Below, one piece after another: positions 26,383-64,000 of a stretch of DNA of 64,000 nt (position 1 is the stretch's first letter; every line of letters begins with the position of its first letter). The translations under genes were made by a program, and so were the position numbers. The notes beneath the pieces are model-generated. The model did no database searches. It was not told the origin of the DNA and worked only from the letters and a program-made list of their open reading frames with translations. Where the stretch lies: the NCBI GenBank assembly GCA_013265495.1, contig MU058769.1, positions 396,477-460,476 of the forward strand. The letters are read 5' to 3'. The DNA is from Vicugna vicugna (Eukaryota).

Positions 26383-29099
26383 TCCAAGGGAGAGGTCTCT
26401 CAGACTCTGACCCAGAGACTGATTGAGGGGGGATCTAGAAGTGGGAGAAAGGACTCACCAGGGGACAGACAGGCCTCCGGTAAAGCACAGATGTGGAGTG
26501 TTCACAGGGAGGACCAGGAGGGGTTGGTGACGAGTGAAGGTATCTGCAAAGCTTCCCTGATACCCCGAGAGCCACCCAGGAGCTGTCAGGTCTTGGGGAC
26601 TCTGCTTCTGTCTCTCTCCACAGGATAGTGGGAAAAGGAGGCAGACGGAGAGACCGACAGAACTAAAGCTGCCCCAGCCGCTCTAGTCTGGGCAGTTTTT
26701 CCAAGTTGTATTGTGGTTGGCCTGGAATAGTGTTTGGAGGCCAGGGGAGCCAGGCATTATCATAAATCTGGCTCAGGATAGTCTAAGTCAGTTGGCAAAG
26801 TTCAGGGGCTTGAGAGACTTTTTCCCTCTGCCTACCTTGGGTAGGGGGTGAAGGTGGAGAGCCATCCAGGGAAGACACTTTCTGCCTCTGGCTGTGATAG
26901 AAAGCAAATGGAGTGAAGGAAATAAGGAAAGATAGAAAAGATGTTGAAGGAGGGACGAGAACAAGACAGAGAGAGGTATAGAGCGATTTCCTCCCTTTGC
27001 ACAACCAACTCAGGTGTGTGCTATGTTGTCAGGGTGGGAAGGCTCATTGCCACTGTTTTTGAGGAACTGGGATCCAAGGGACCCAGGAGCTGAACTCTAA
27101 TCACCTCTCCCCACTACTATGCTAACTTCTACCCTCCCTGCTGCGCAGTTACCCATCCTACAGAGCTGCCCCACTTCTCCACTCCAGGGCCCCGTGGTGT
27201 CCAGGCAGGGTCGAGTTTTGCACCCACCGCTGGGCCTCTCGGAAGAGGCATCCTTTCCTGTGGGTCCTCTTCCTTTCCCCACCCTCCTTTCACTGATACC
27301 TCCCCCGCCTCCTGCGCTGACAAGCTCGGCTGTAATTAGGCTGCGGGGTCCTGGGCTTTCCGCCTCCCTCCGGCGGATAATGAGATAAAGTGTCAGAGAC
27401 ACGGGGAGAACAAAGAGACAGAGACTCGGTGCTTACGTGTGTGGGGGGCGGGGGAGGGGGACTGACGGGATGTCAGAGCCTGGAGCAGCGCAGAGCCCGG
27501 CCCTCCCCGAGCACTCGCACCTCCAGGGCTGGGTCAGGGACTGGAGTGTCCTATCACCTGTGCCCCCTAGCCCTCCAGCCTCTGGAACTAAAAGTTAATC
27601 CTGGAACTTGAGGTACCACACAGCTGGGCTGCACATCTGGCTCTGAGTGGCACAGCTGGGGCGCCAGGACGCAGACAAGGATGTCTGGCTCCTGCATCAC
27701 GCCTCTTTGCTTCTTGGGCCCTTGCCTGCCTTCCGGTGCTCTTTCTTGTGATGTCCAGTGACCTGAGCCTATCACATTCTGGACTCTCCGCTCCGCTTCT
27801 TTTCTAGAGCCGCTGGGGATCCTCCTGCCTTGGGCCTCTGCCCTTGCTCTCCGAGTTTCTTACTATATCATTACTTCTGCTCTGGCCTCTCTGGGGGTTC
27901 CTTGACCCTTCACCTGCTTCTGGTACTTGTCTCTGTCCCCTTGTCTGTGACCCTATTGCTAAGTCCCTTCCCATCTCTGAATTGTGGTCTCTGGGACTGA
28001 GCTGAGACACAGAACTTGGGCTCCAGATCCCCTTTCTTCCCACCATCCCGCACTTTACCACCAGAAGGACTCAGGTCATGCTGACCGAGCCGGCAGAAGT
28101 CATTAGCTGCGGATTAGGCGTGGCTGGGGGCAAGCGGGGGTCCCCCTGGGATCCAACTCTGAACGCTAAACTGCACAGGACGCTAATCCGCGCTCTGGCG
28201 GAGCTGAATGTCAAAAGCAGCTGGGCTCGGGGGAGAGAGCTGGCAGCGGGGCCGTGGACACGGGCGCCCCCTGGAGGCGGAGCTGCTCTCAAGCGCTTAG
28301 GGGCTGTGCCTCGGGCGCCCCCTGTCGGACCGCGCCGGCCCTGCGCTCCGCGGCTTTCGAGTAGGTTAAGGTAGGGCCAGGCGGGTCGGTACCTGCCGGC
28401 ACGCGGTTCCTGCAGCCTCCACTCTTCTGTGTGAGGTGGGGCCGAGTGGAAGGAAGGAGAAGGGACGCAGAAGCTCCCAACTCGCCAGCCGCGGGTACCC
28501 CAGGTTCAGGCTGGTTCCTCTCGCCAGGCTGGGTGGCCCAAGATGCCTGGGGCTCCGTCTCTGCTCTGAGTCTTCCCTGCGACCCTGCCTGATCCAGTCT
28601 CTGGCTGCCCTTTTTCTGCCCCTTCTTCAGGCCTCGTCTGTCACTGTCTCTCTTTTCCTTCTCATTCTGTCTCTCCCTCTGCAGCTCTCTTTACTTGGCT
28701 TTGTCCCTCTGCATCTGTTTCTGTGTCTGCCTGTGTTTGTCTCTCCTTCCCTCTACATCTCTCTACCTCGCTGTCTCTCTTTCTCTGTCACTCTCTTTAT
28801 CTCTGTCTCTCCCTTCCTATTTTCCAGTTCTGTTACTATTCTTTGGCTTGCTACCCCTGGGGGTCTGCACCAGTCCAACGAGACAGCCTGGGGACACCAT
28901 GGGGCACTGCCCAGCGTCCCCTTCCCAGTCACTTCCACATTCCTGTCACCTTGGTGCGGCCTCCGTCTTTCCTCTGCTGCAGTGGGGCGTGGAGGGGGCG
29001 CCCTGGAGGGAAGACACAGTACCCAGCATCTGCTCGGGAGTCCGGGGCCCCTGCCCCCTCTGTCACTATTAAGGGCGCAGGGTCCCGAGGCCCTGAGAT

Positions 29100-29900
29100 G
29101 ATCATGATTGCATCAGCCAGACAGCCTCGGAGCCAGGAGCCGCCCGGCGAGCAAACCAGCGAGACAAAGACGCCCGCGCCATCTGTTTATGCAAAGCACT
29201 CTCCGCCGGGGACCCCGGCGTCCCAATGCCTGGCCCTGTTCGGGGCACGGGGTCATGAGCCCGCTCCTGCCTGGCGCCCCCGCCGCGCTGCAGCTCCCCT
29301 GCTCCCCAGCACCCAGAGGGGCCGCGGGGCGAGCAGAACGGAGAGGGGCGGGGGGTGTTGATGTGATTGGAGCGGACGCGGCTGTTTCTTCAATAATGGA
29401 TGGAGATGATGCGGACCGCGGAGCCAAGCCCGCCCGGAGAGGAGAGAGGAATAGAAATGGAGAGAAGGGGCGGGGGGCGGGAGACTCACCCTGGCGAGCG
29501 CGCGCGAACCCGCGCACACACACGAGCGTGTGTGCGTCACACTGTCATTCGACTACACGCCGCCGCGGCGAAGCTCACACCCAGGCACACGCCCACGAAC
29601 TGTCACCAAGACACACACACCTGCAGGCAGAGACGCCAGAGCAACACACTTACCAGAGGCTTTTCCTGATTCTCACACAGTTCTGCAGACAGAGGCACAC
29701 GGAAATGCCCACATGCGGGGCACACGCAGGCATGAAGAATGCACAGATACGTAGATATGTCAAAGCAAATATGCACACCCAGACACTCAGGGGCTTAGAG
29801 GTTGGGTATGAGGGCAGAATGGGGACAAGACACATTCAGCGGCACATATACCAGGGGCGCGCGCGCGCGCGCACACACACACACACCTGGGCTATTGACA
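29100..29900 (-). promoter_or_regulatory. CpG-rich region, probable upstream promoter and non-coding first exon of NDUFA4L2 (donor AGG/gtgagt, exon ending at 29490)
   Basis: High CpG density, GC boxes and a strong minus-strand donor at 29484-29489. A matching acceptor (ctgacccctccccag) opens the ATG-containing exon at 26054. Confidence 0.55.
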
Positions 29901-32224
29901 CCCATAATCTGCAGGAGCACAGAGACACCCCCACCTACTCCTACACATTCAGTTTCCTACCCACACGTATGCAGGAGTTGCTGCCTGTGCCCTGCGGTGG
30001 TGAAGTGTGCCAGAGAGGTCGCTGGTGTTCCCTGAAGCAGGCCTTGTTAATGTAGCCATATAATGAGGTTCTGGTGATAGGAGATGCATGGGCCTGTGGA
30101 CACTTGTGCCCCCGCTTGACTACCTACAAACTTCCTTCCTTGGCCCACAGGGCCGGTGGTGTGGACTGTAGGCCAATCTGGCCACAGCCTCAACCCCAAC
30201 TCCAGCAGCTGGGGGACAGGGGGGTGCCATATCGACAGCTGCTTAGGGAGACTCCCAGGATCCCCAACACAGCCAGGAGGCCGGCTCATCTCTGGTGTTG
30301 CCCAATCTTTTGACTTCAAGGGGCACCTTCTTTGCTAAGAGCAGGGTGGGCACTGAGGAGGGGTAGGATGCCACTTGGGTCCTGAACCCTGGTAACCGGG
30401 CCCCTCCTTTGGTCTGTTTTCAATTCAGTCAGCTCCTTGGCCCAGACTTATGACCTTTGCAGTGTAAGGCAGCATCATCCATCACCTAGGCTGCCACTTG
30501 CAGGAGTGGGGGCGTTAGGGGGCTCACACAAGGTCGCTGTCCCTCTTGCCTCCCTCTCCTGAGACCTGCTCTCTGCCCGCCGGCCAGGGCTCAACCGGCG
30601 GGCAAGCACTGGGGGGAGGTGTGTCCAAGGGGCTCACCTATAACTGGGCCTTGTGTCCCCACCCTGGCACCCGGCACCCCAGCACCCGGCCTTCTAGCTC
30701 GGCACAGCCGGCCTCCCCGCTCCTCCCGCCCTCCCTCTCTCGGGCCCTTTGCTTAATTTCCTATTAACTGCTGATAAATCCAATTAAACCGCCGCTCTAA
30801 TTAGGGACAGCTGCCGGCTCCGCGAGGCGGGGGAGGAGGGTGCCCCTCGAGTGTAGGGGGAGAGAACAGCCTCTCTCTCTGCTTCTCTGTACCCCCACAC
30901 CCGCATCGCCGCCCAATGAGCCAGTAAATTGGTTTTGCTTCAGCATTGTGGGGGACCCTCTTGAGGATCTCGGGTCGGGGGCTCTGGGTTTGAGTCCTTC
31001 AGATCGCTTGATGAAGAGTTGCGACCAGAGCCCTATATGTCTTCACCCCCCGCCCCCACATTTGTGGTGGGCGGGCCCCGAGAAGGAATGGGCGCAAAAG
31101 GGTTAATGTGGGTGTGGTGGTGGAGGGGGAGGCTTGTGATCTGCTCCTATTCTAGCCCAAGCGTGATTCAAGGGGGCTGTCTGAGTCTTTCTTTACGACC
31201 CCATCGCCACCCCCAGGCGTCCGGGACAGTCAAGGGCAAAGGGAACAGGAAACCGAACCAGATTCTGAGGCTAGTCTTCCCGTGTGCTTCCCTACCCCCA
31301 ACACACCTCGGCCTTCTGGAAGGAAGGGGGGCGCGCCCGTCCTGGGCCCTCCTCCTCCCCAGCCCAGCTGAGCCTCTGCCCTCCCCCCCCCAGCCAGCAG
31401 CAGATGGTGCCCAGGCTCCCGCTGCCAACCTTGCTAGGCGGTGCCAACCTCAGGCCTGGCAGACAACCGGCAGAAGAGAAGAGGATCTCCTGGCAGGCCA
31501 GGCTGACCCTCCCCCATCCTCCGTCAAGCTCAAGACCCTCCGCCAGCCCCACTCCAGCGGCCACCCCAGGTTGCTTCTTACTGGTGGGCTCCCAGGTCCC
31601 TATAACTCCTCGTATCCTTCAGCTCCCTTTCCCACACCTTCCGTCTCCCTGCCACCTGCCACCCTGACCGGGGCCGGCGATTTGCATATTTACATATGCA
31701 AATAATAACATTTGCATACAGCGCATCGTAGGGGGCTCCGCGTGAGCCAGTTAGCTGTCTGCCCCGCGCCCTCTCACTCCGTACCTGTCGCAAAGGGCTG
31801 GGGCGGGGGCCGCGCGGGAGGGGTTAGGCCCCCTGGCCTCGTTCGCTTAGTTCCCCGAGGACGTGAGGAAGTGTTGCCATGGAGACGGCACGCACCCCAC
31901 CCCCTCCCAAGCACACCGCTAAATCGCCAAGAGCTAGGGGACCTACCTTGCTAGCCGTCTTGCTCTCAGCAGCAGAAGCGCGCGGGCGGTGATCCCAGTC
32001 CAGTTCCCCTTTCTTCACTGACGACAGAGCCCTCGCCTGGCGGACGCATAACTCTCCCCACCTCGCACCAGCCTCAGCCCAGGTGGGTCTCGGGTTACCC
32101 GATCGTAGTTAGGTAGGACAGCTGGGGAGGATTCTCCACCTCTTCGTAAGGCCCTCTGCTCCCGCTTCTCCCTCTCCCTTCGGCACCCAGTTAAAAAGCA
32201 AACTTTTAAAACTTTTGTCAAAAC

Positions 32225-32230
32225 TTTAAT
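32225..32230 (-). terminator. STAC3 polyadenylation signal ATTAAA
   Basis: tttaat on the plus strand, about 320 nt past the STAC3 stop, followed on the minus strand by GU/U-rich sequence. Confidence 0.7.
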
Positions 32231-32550
32231 AAATTCGCAACATTCGATGGTTCGTCTTAACCTCCCTCCCCTTGGGACACCTCCTAGTGGAGACGTGTTC
32301 TTTTTCCAGCTCTCAAAGGCTGATGAGGCTGCTCCCGGCACCAAGTATCTGATGCCCTCGCCGGGGAGCAGGGAGCGGGGAGCGGGGATGGGAACCAGTC
32401 TCTTCCCCGAAGGCCCTTCACGTTATGATGGGCCTTCCCACCCCTCTCCCATCCAGCAGTATAGCTACTTTCGCCTCTTTCCTCCCCAACCTCCACTGGG
32501 CCTGCCCAGAATGGGGTTTGGGTATCTCCCCCCAGCAGGCGCCTGCACGC

Positions 32551-38059
<5,509 letters not shown>

Positions 38060-38796
38060 CCTGCAAGAGGTTGGACCCCACTATGAAATCTAACCCCTGA
38101 CTGCCAGTCCTCCCTCCCTTATTCCTGTCACTCGCAGTCGGGTGGTCCTTGAAGGGGAGACTTCGGGGGAAATTCGGTTAAACAGAGATTTCTTCACAGG
38201 GCTTATGAACAGGAAGATTCCATGGAGGTCCAGAGAAAGGCCCAACAGACTAAAGAACGTCCCAGCCAGTTATTCAAATCATTACCCATCCTTCCACCGT
38301 GAGGGGCAGCCCCAGAGTTCACGGCCCCAAGACAGTGCGCAAGGCTGCACGGTTTAGGGGTTTTCCTACAGGCACTTTGTTTCTCCTAAGAATCTGGGGG
38401 CAACAGCAGTGTGACACGCATCTTGCCCGTCCCCCTTTCAAGAGGTTCAGTGTGTATGTCCAGAAGCATGCACAGAGGGATAGGCTGGGGACATTTGTTC
38501 TCCCCTACCTCTTCCTTGAGCCCAGTGCCTAGTTCCCAGCCTGCCTCAGGCCTCAGCTATTTTAAGTTTTCAGGGTAATACGAGCCTTTCCTTCCCTTAC
38601 TACTCCATTCCCCTGACCCTACCCCCACCCCGTCCTCCAATCCTAGCACTTGGCCTGAAGTAGAACAGTAACTTCACTCCTAAAATTCAAACTACTCACA
38701 GACAAGGCGAGAAATGAGGGAGCTGAATAGACTATGGATTGGGGAAGCTGGGGTGAGCAGTCCTGGAAGTGGGAAGAGGATGAAGAAGCAACTTAC

Positions 38797-39040
38797 GTTT
38801 GGGATTCCCTAAGTCAGTCCACAGTCTGTGGAGGAAAGAGGGAGCCCCTGGGGTCTTGATGGTGGTGCTGAGGGAGGACTGGTCCTCTTCCTTGGGGGGC
38901 TAAGCCCCCCAGCACCCTCTGTACTCAACCAGCTACCCAGACGGTATTTGTAGACCTCCTAGCCTCTCGCCTTGGTGTCAGAGCTGAAATGACAGGGCTG
39001 GAGGGAAGTGGACAGCTGAGCGACACAGCTGACACAGAGA
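38797..39040 (-). promoter_or_regulatory. Probable non-coding first exon and muscle-type promoter of STAC3
   Basis: Consensus donor gtaagt (acttac at 38791-38796). The ATG exon begins at an acceptor one base before the ATG (38060), so an upstream exon is required. Paired CAGCTG E-boxes at 39013-39018 and 39026-39031. Confidence 0.6.
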
Positions 39041-41615
39041 AATTAGACACGGGGAGGTCTGGGCAGGGCTGGACCCTAACTCCTCCCCCTCGCCCCGAGC
39101 TGCTGTTCCCTGGCTTTTCACCTATGGCGTGTAGGTCAGTCCTGGCTAACTTCAGGAAGGGACAGTGTCCATGCTGCAGACTCAAGCGGGTGATTTTAGA
39201 TGACTGAAGGTAGAGCTTTCTCATCCCCCTTCTCAAGGTCCAGACATCTCCCCAGTTGTCTTCCCTGGGCCTCCGCTATGAACTAGACTTTGGCTTCTCG
39301 GCCACTGTCTTCTTGTGGCCATGGGCTTTTGTGCCCTCAAGCATTGATGTAGCCCCAAACCTTTAGGAAGGAAAGGGCTGGAAACTGGTGAAGAAAGGGA
39401 AATTTGAATTTTCAGAGCTTTCCTATCAGCCAGACTAGATTGCTTTCTTCTCCACGGGTAGCTGGAAGAGTACCTTGCTGCTATCATGGAAGGGAGTGAA
39501 GAACATGTGGTACAGCTTTGTTCCCACCAGCTGCCCCCAAAGACATCTTTCCCCTATTCCTCTAAAATCTTGTCCTCAGGGTGAAAGGAATTCTAAGAGC
39601 TATTAGAAAAAGCCAGGCTAGGACTTCCATCTGAGGGGCTCTGGGGGAGAGAGGATCTAATGATCACACAGAGATGGTTTTTTTAACATTGGACAGAAGG
39701 CAGAAGCTGTCACATAGGGAGTTTTTATCATCTGTAAGTAATGTCCCTTTCCCCATGGGAACTGCAAACTCTTGGAGATAGGATGGCCAAGCCTCACACT
39801 TCCTTCATCACCGTGAATCAGGAACTCCCTGACTCCATCCCTTTCCTCTGATATCTCAGCATGTGAACTAATGGGTCAGTGAAGCATCTGGCATTTTTAT
39901 CTCACAGGGCTGCAGCCCTTTCCTAGTCCGGGCTGTGACACGGCTGCGAAAGGAAATACTCCTATCTCAGAGGAGAGTAGTTTGGAGGTGGTAATGTAGT
40001 GCTGGTTTATCCCTTGCATCTGTAAGAAGCGAAGAATTATGTCGGAGGCTGGGTCAGACAAGCTTCAGAGGAGACTGGCTAGAAACACTGCTACCCAGAC
40101 CCAAGGCATTTCCAGGGCAATGTGCTTTGTCATTTTTGCCTACTGCTCTTTTCTCTTTAAGGCGTAGGTGATACTGAAAAGGGGCTGCTAGATGGTCCTG
40201 GGTCAACAGGCTCTTTAACGGCCTTGGTCTAACAGGCTGAACAACAACAGGGCTGGCTTTGTGAAGACAGAGGAAAGCTCCATCTTGCAGGCAAGCGACT
40301 TCTGCTCTCCACCTTTCTTTAGCTGTGCAGGACAGGGACTGGTGAGCATGCCTGGATCATGTGGCATCCTGGCACTCCAAGTTCAATTGATCTAGCTTTT
40401 ACTGTAAGAAACATCCATTTCTGTTCCTGCCAGGTAGAACCCAATCCCTGGCTTTGGGATTAAAGACAGGTCCAAGTCCTCCATACCTGAAGAGTTTTCA
40501 GAAGATGAGATGGACAGATATGAGGCCAGCACCATGACTCAGTTTTGAACTTCACTCACACCTCCCTGCCTTAGCTACCAGGGCCCTAATGAGTATCACG
40601 GAATTAACAAGGTAGAAGGAACCTCAGAGGTCACCTGGTCAGTTCAAGTCTCTTATTTTACTGGTAAGAACTCAGAGGTCCAGAGTCAACAGTGACATGC
40701 TTGAAAAGCCACAGTTAGTGGCAGAGTTCCAGCAGAGCCATATAACAGAATCACATTTAAGGAGGAGGACAGAACGCAGGGACTAGTGTTAGGAAGGTAT
40801 GTATGCATATGCCAGAGGAGCCACGCCAACCCACAGCAACTCCCTCCAAAGGCTGTGGGGCTGCACCTGCCCAGGACCTCTGACCCCAACCCGCACCAGG
40901 GCGGCAACAGAGCAACAGGGCCTGATGTCCAGTAACAGATTTTTTTTTTATATTTAAAAACAAAATCAACCTCCCGCCAAATAACCCCCCAAACAAACAA
41001 AAAATCAGATTAAATAAAATTTACAGTGAATATACCCAGCAAACATCTGTATGTGCAATTAAATACTGTGTCTGTTACTGCGGCACAAATCTCAAACAAT
41101 ATACAAGTGTTCTGGGGGGTGGAGGGAGGCCCAAGTTTTAACTCTGTGGGGCTTGGGGAGACAGAATGGGGTGAGAGAAAGGGGAAATCAATTTCATTTT
41201 TTCTTAATTCTGTCCATATAAATATATTCATAAAGACCAAAAAAGAAAGGAGAGTTTGGGATGGCAAGGAAATAGAACAGGGGAGTTTGGGATCCTCCCA
41301 ATTCTACCTGACCAAAAATTATGAAAGAAATTAATTTTGTGGTGAGAGAAGAGATTTAAAAATGATAGAAGAGGACAGGAAGGAGAGGGAAGCAACGTGG
41401 GGCCAACCAGGGAGAAAGGGGACCCTTGACAGGGGAGTGAGAGTCCAGTGAGAGTGTCAGTGTCTGTCTGTTTCCATCTTCATCCCTACTGTCTTAGGCT
41501 TCAGTTTAGTGTCTGTCACCTTCCTTTCTGCCTCTGTGGCCTGTCAGGACCCCGCAACCCCCTCCACCCTGCCCTGCCCCCCCCAACGCCGTGCTGGTCC
41601 CTTCTCCTCCTCCGT

Positions 41616-62707
<21,092 letters not shown>

Positions 62708-64000
62708 TCAATAACAAAGAAGGGGTGAGGGTTGGGGGTTGGGGGACGGACACTGACTTCTTGTTAGTTGGCTGGCCAACCAAGACTCGATGGGAACAGA
62801 CAGAACAAGATCCAGTACAATAACAAAGAGCACAAAGGCAAATCTGGAAGACAGTGCACTGGCAACTAATTCCATACATCAGACCAGAGGTGGATGGGAA
62901 ACCACATACATGATGCTGAGATTGGCTGTGGTCTCTTCCCCCCGGCCCTGCAGGGGTCCCACACATGCAGGAAATAGTGGGGAGCAGAGGGGTAACCAGT
63001 TCCTTCTGCAAGTTCTTAAAACAAAAGGACTTCTAGAAGTTACTATTGCTAGAAGGCAGGAGTACCCAATGACATGGATAAACCCCACAACAAGTCTTCC
63101 ACCTAACACATGTCAAAGCCAGCAGAGGTGCTGCCTATGGCCACTTTTCAGGGGTGGGAAGAGGAGTACAGTGGACCAGTGGGAGCTCTGGAAAACTCAG
63201 TCTGATAGTCTGGAATCGACCCAACCTGTTTTGTGGGATTTTTGTGTTGGTCTCTGGGAACAACTGGTTCCAGGGTCTCAAAGGCTGATGTCCTCAGCAT
63301 GATCAAGCGAATAATGCCTTTAGGACTCAGGCTGGCAAGGAGCAGGGAACTGGCTGTGCCTGGGTGCCTCCACGTTAATAACCCTACGGCCCCAGGAAAG
63401 GCATAAGGCTGCTGTGAAAAGGGACTCATCCTCTCTTATTCGCTCTGGAAACATCAGGGTTGTGCTGATGCTATAATCACTATCTGGGATTATAAACAGC
63501 TGTATTCCTCAAGATAGATGTGGTTAGCCTGAAAACCCCGTCTCGTCCAACTGTTACTGCTTCTAAATCAGTAAGTGACGCAGAACCAGGAATTTTCCTT
63601 TCACACTCCCACCCCCAACAACTAATGACCTAAGGAGACCAAATGACAACAATTAAAAAGACTTCTATATTTACACTGGGGAGCAATTGAGCAAAAATCA
63701 CAGCAGCGTGGATTCTTTCCTTTTCACCACCACCCCACCCAAAGCAAATAAAAAACCCTATCCCGATCCCCCTTAGCTTCAAAGACAGCAGGCTCAGAGC
63801 TATTCTAACAAAGAAAGGTGTTTTTCTTAAGGGGGTCATATTAAAGAAAATACCTTCCTTTATTAGAGTATCTATTCCAAACGTATTGCAGGGAAAACAG
63901 GCAAACTATATGCTAGGTTTACTATTTTAGTTTTTAGCCAAGCCAATCATGGTGGGCTAAGAACATACAAGAACAGCTGGTTAGGGACATGCGAATTCTC

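Noticed and set aside
28436..30055. ORFs of 221, 212 and 315 aa between NDUFA4L2 and STAC3
   Set aside because: They run through CT-rich, CpG-rich and CA-rich simple sequence with no domain similarity or coherent exon structure.

Overview
Mammalian genomic DNA, syntenic with human 12q13.3. The SINE and L1 sequences suggest a camelid or other cetartiodactyl, but that is inference. Gene order: 3' end of LRP1 (+), NXPH4 (+), SHMT2 (+), NDUFA4L2 (-), STAC3 (-), then the 3' part of R3HDM2 (-), which continues past the window end. I traced every coding exon by hand through GT-AG junctions and all reading frames are intact (NXPH4 306 aa, SHMT2 504 aa, NDUFA4L2 87 aa, STAC3 363 aa). Most entries in the six-frame ORF track are artefacts of GC-rich or repetitive sequence. 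I found no convincing new protein-coding system. The most interesting signals are non-coding or repeat-level: a pure (CAG)23 polyQ tract in R3HDM2, an exact 152-bp tandem duplication upstream of NDUFA4L2, an HRE-core cluster in the NDUFA4L2 3'UTR, interlocked SHMT2/NDUFA4L2 3' ends, a palindromic octamer cluster, a 58-bp intronic palindrome, a 4x ACUAAU array, and two near-identical ultra-short L1 insertions. There are two assembly gaps.
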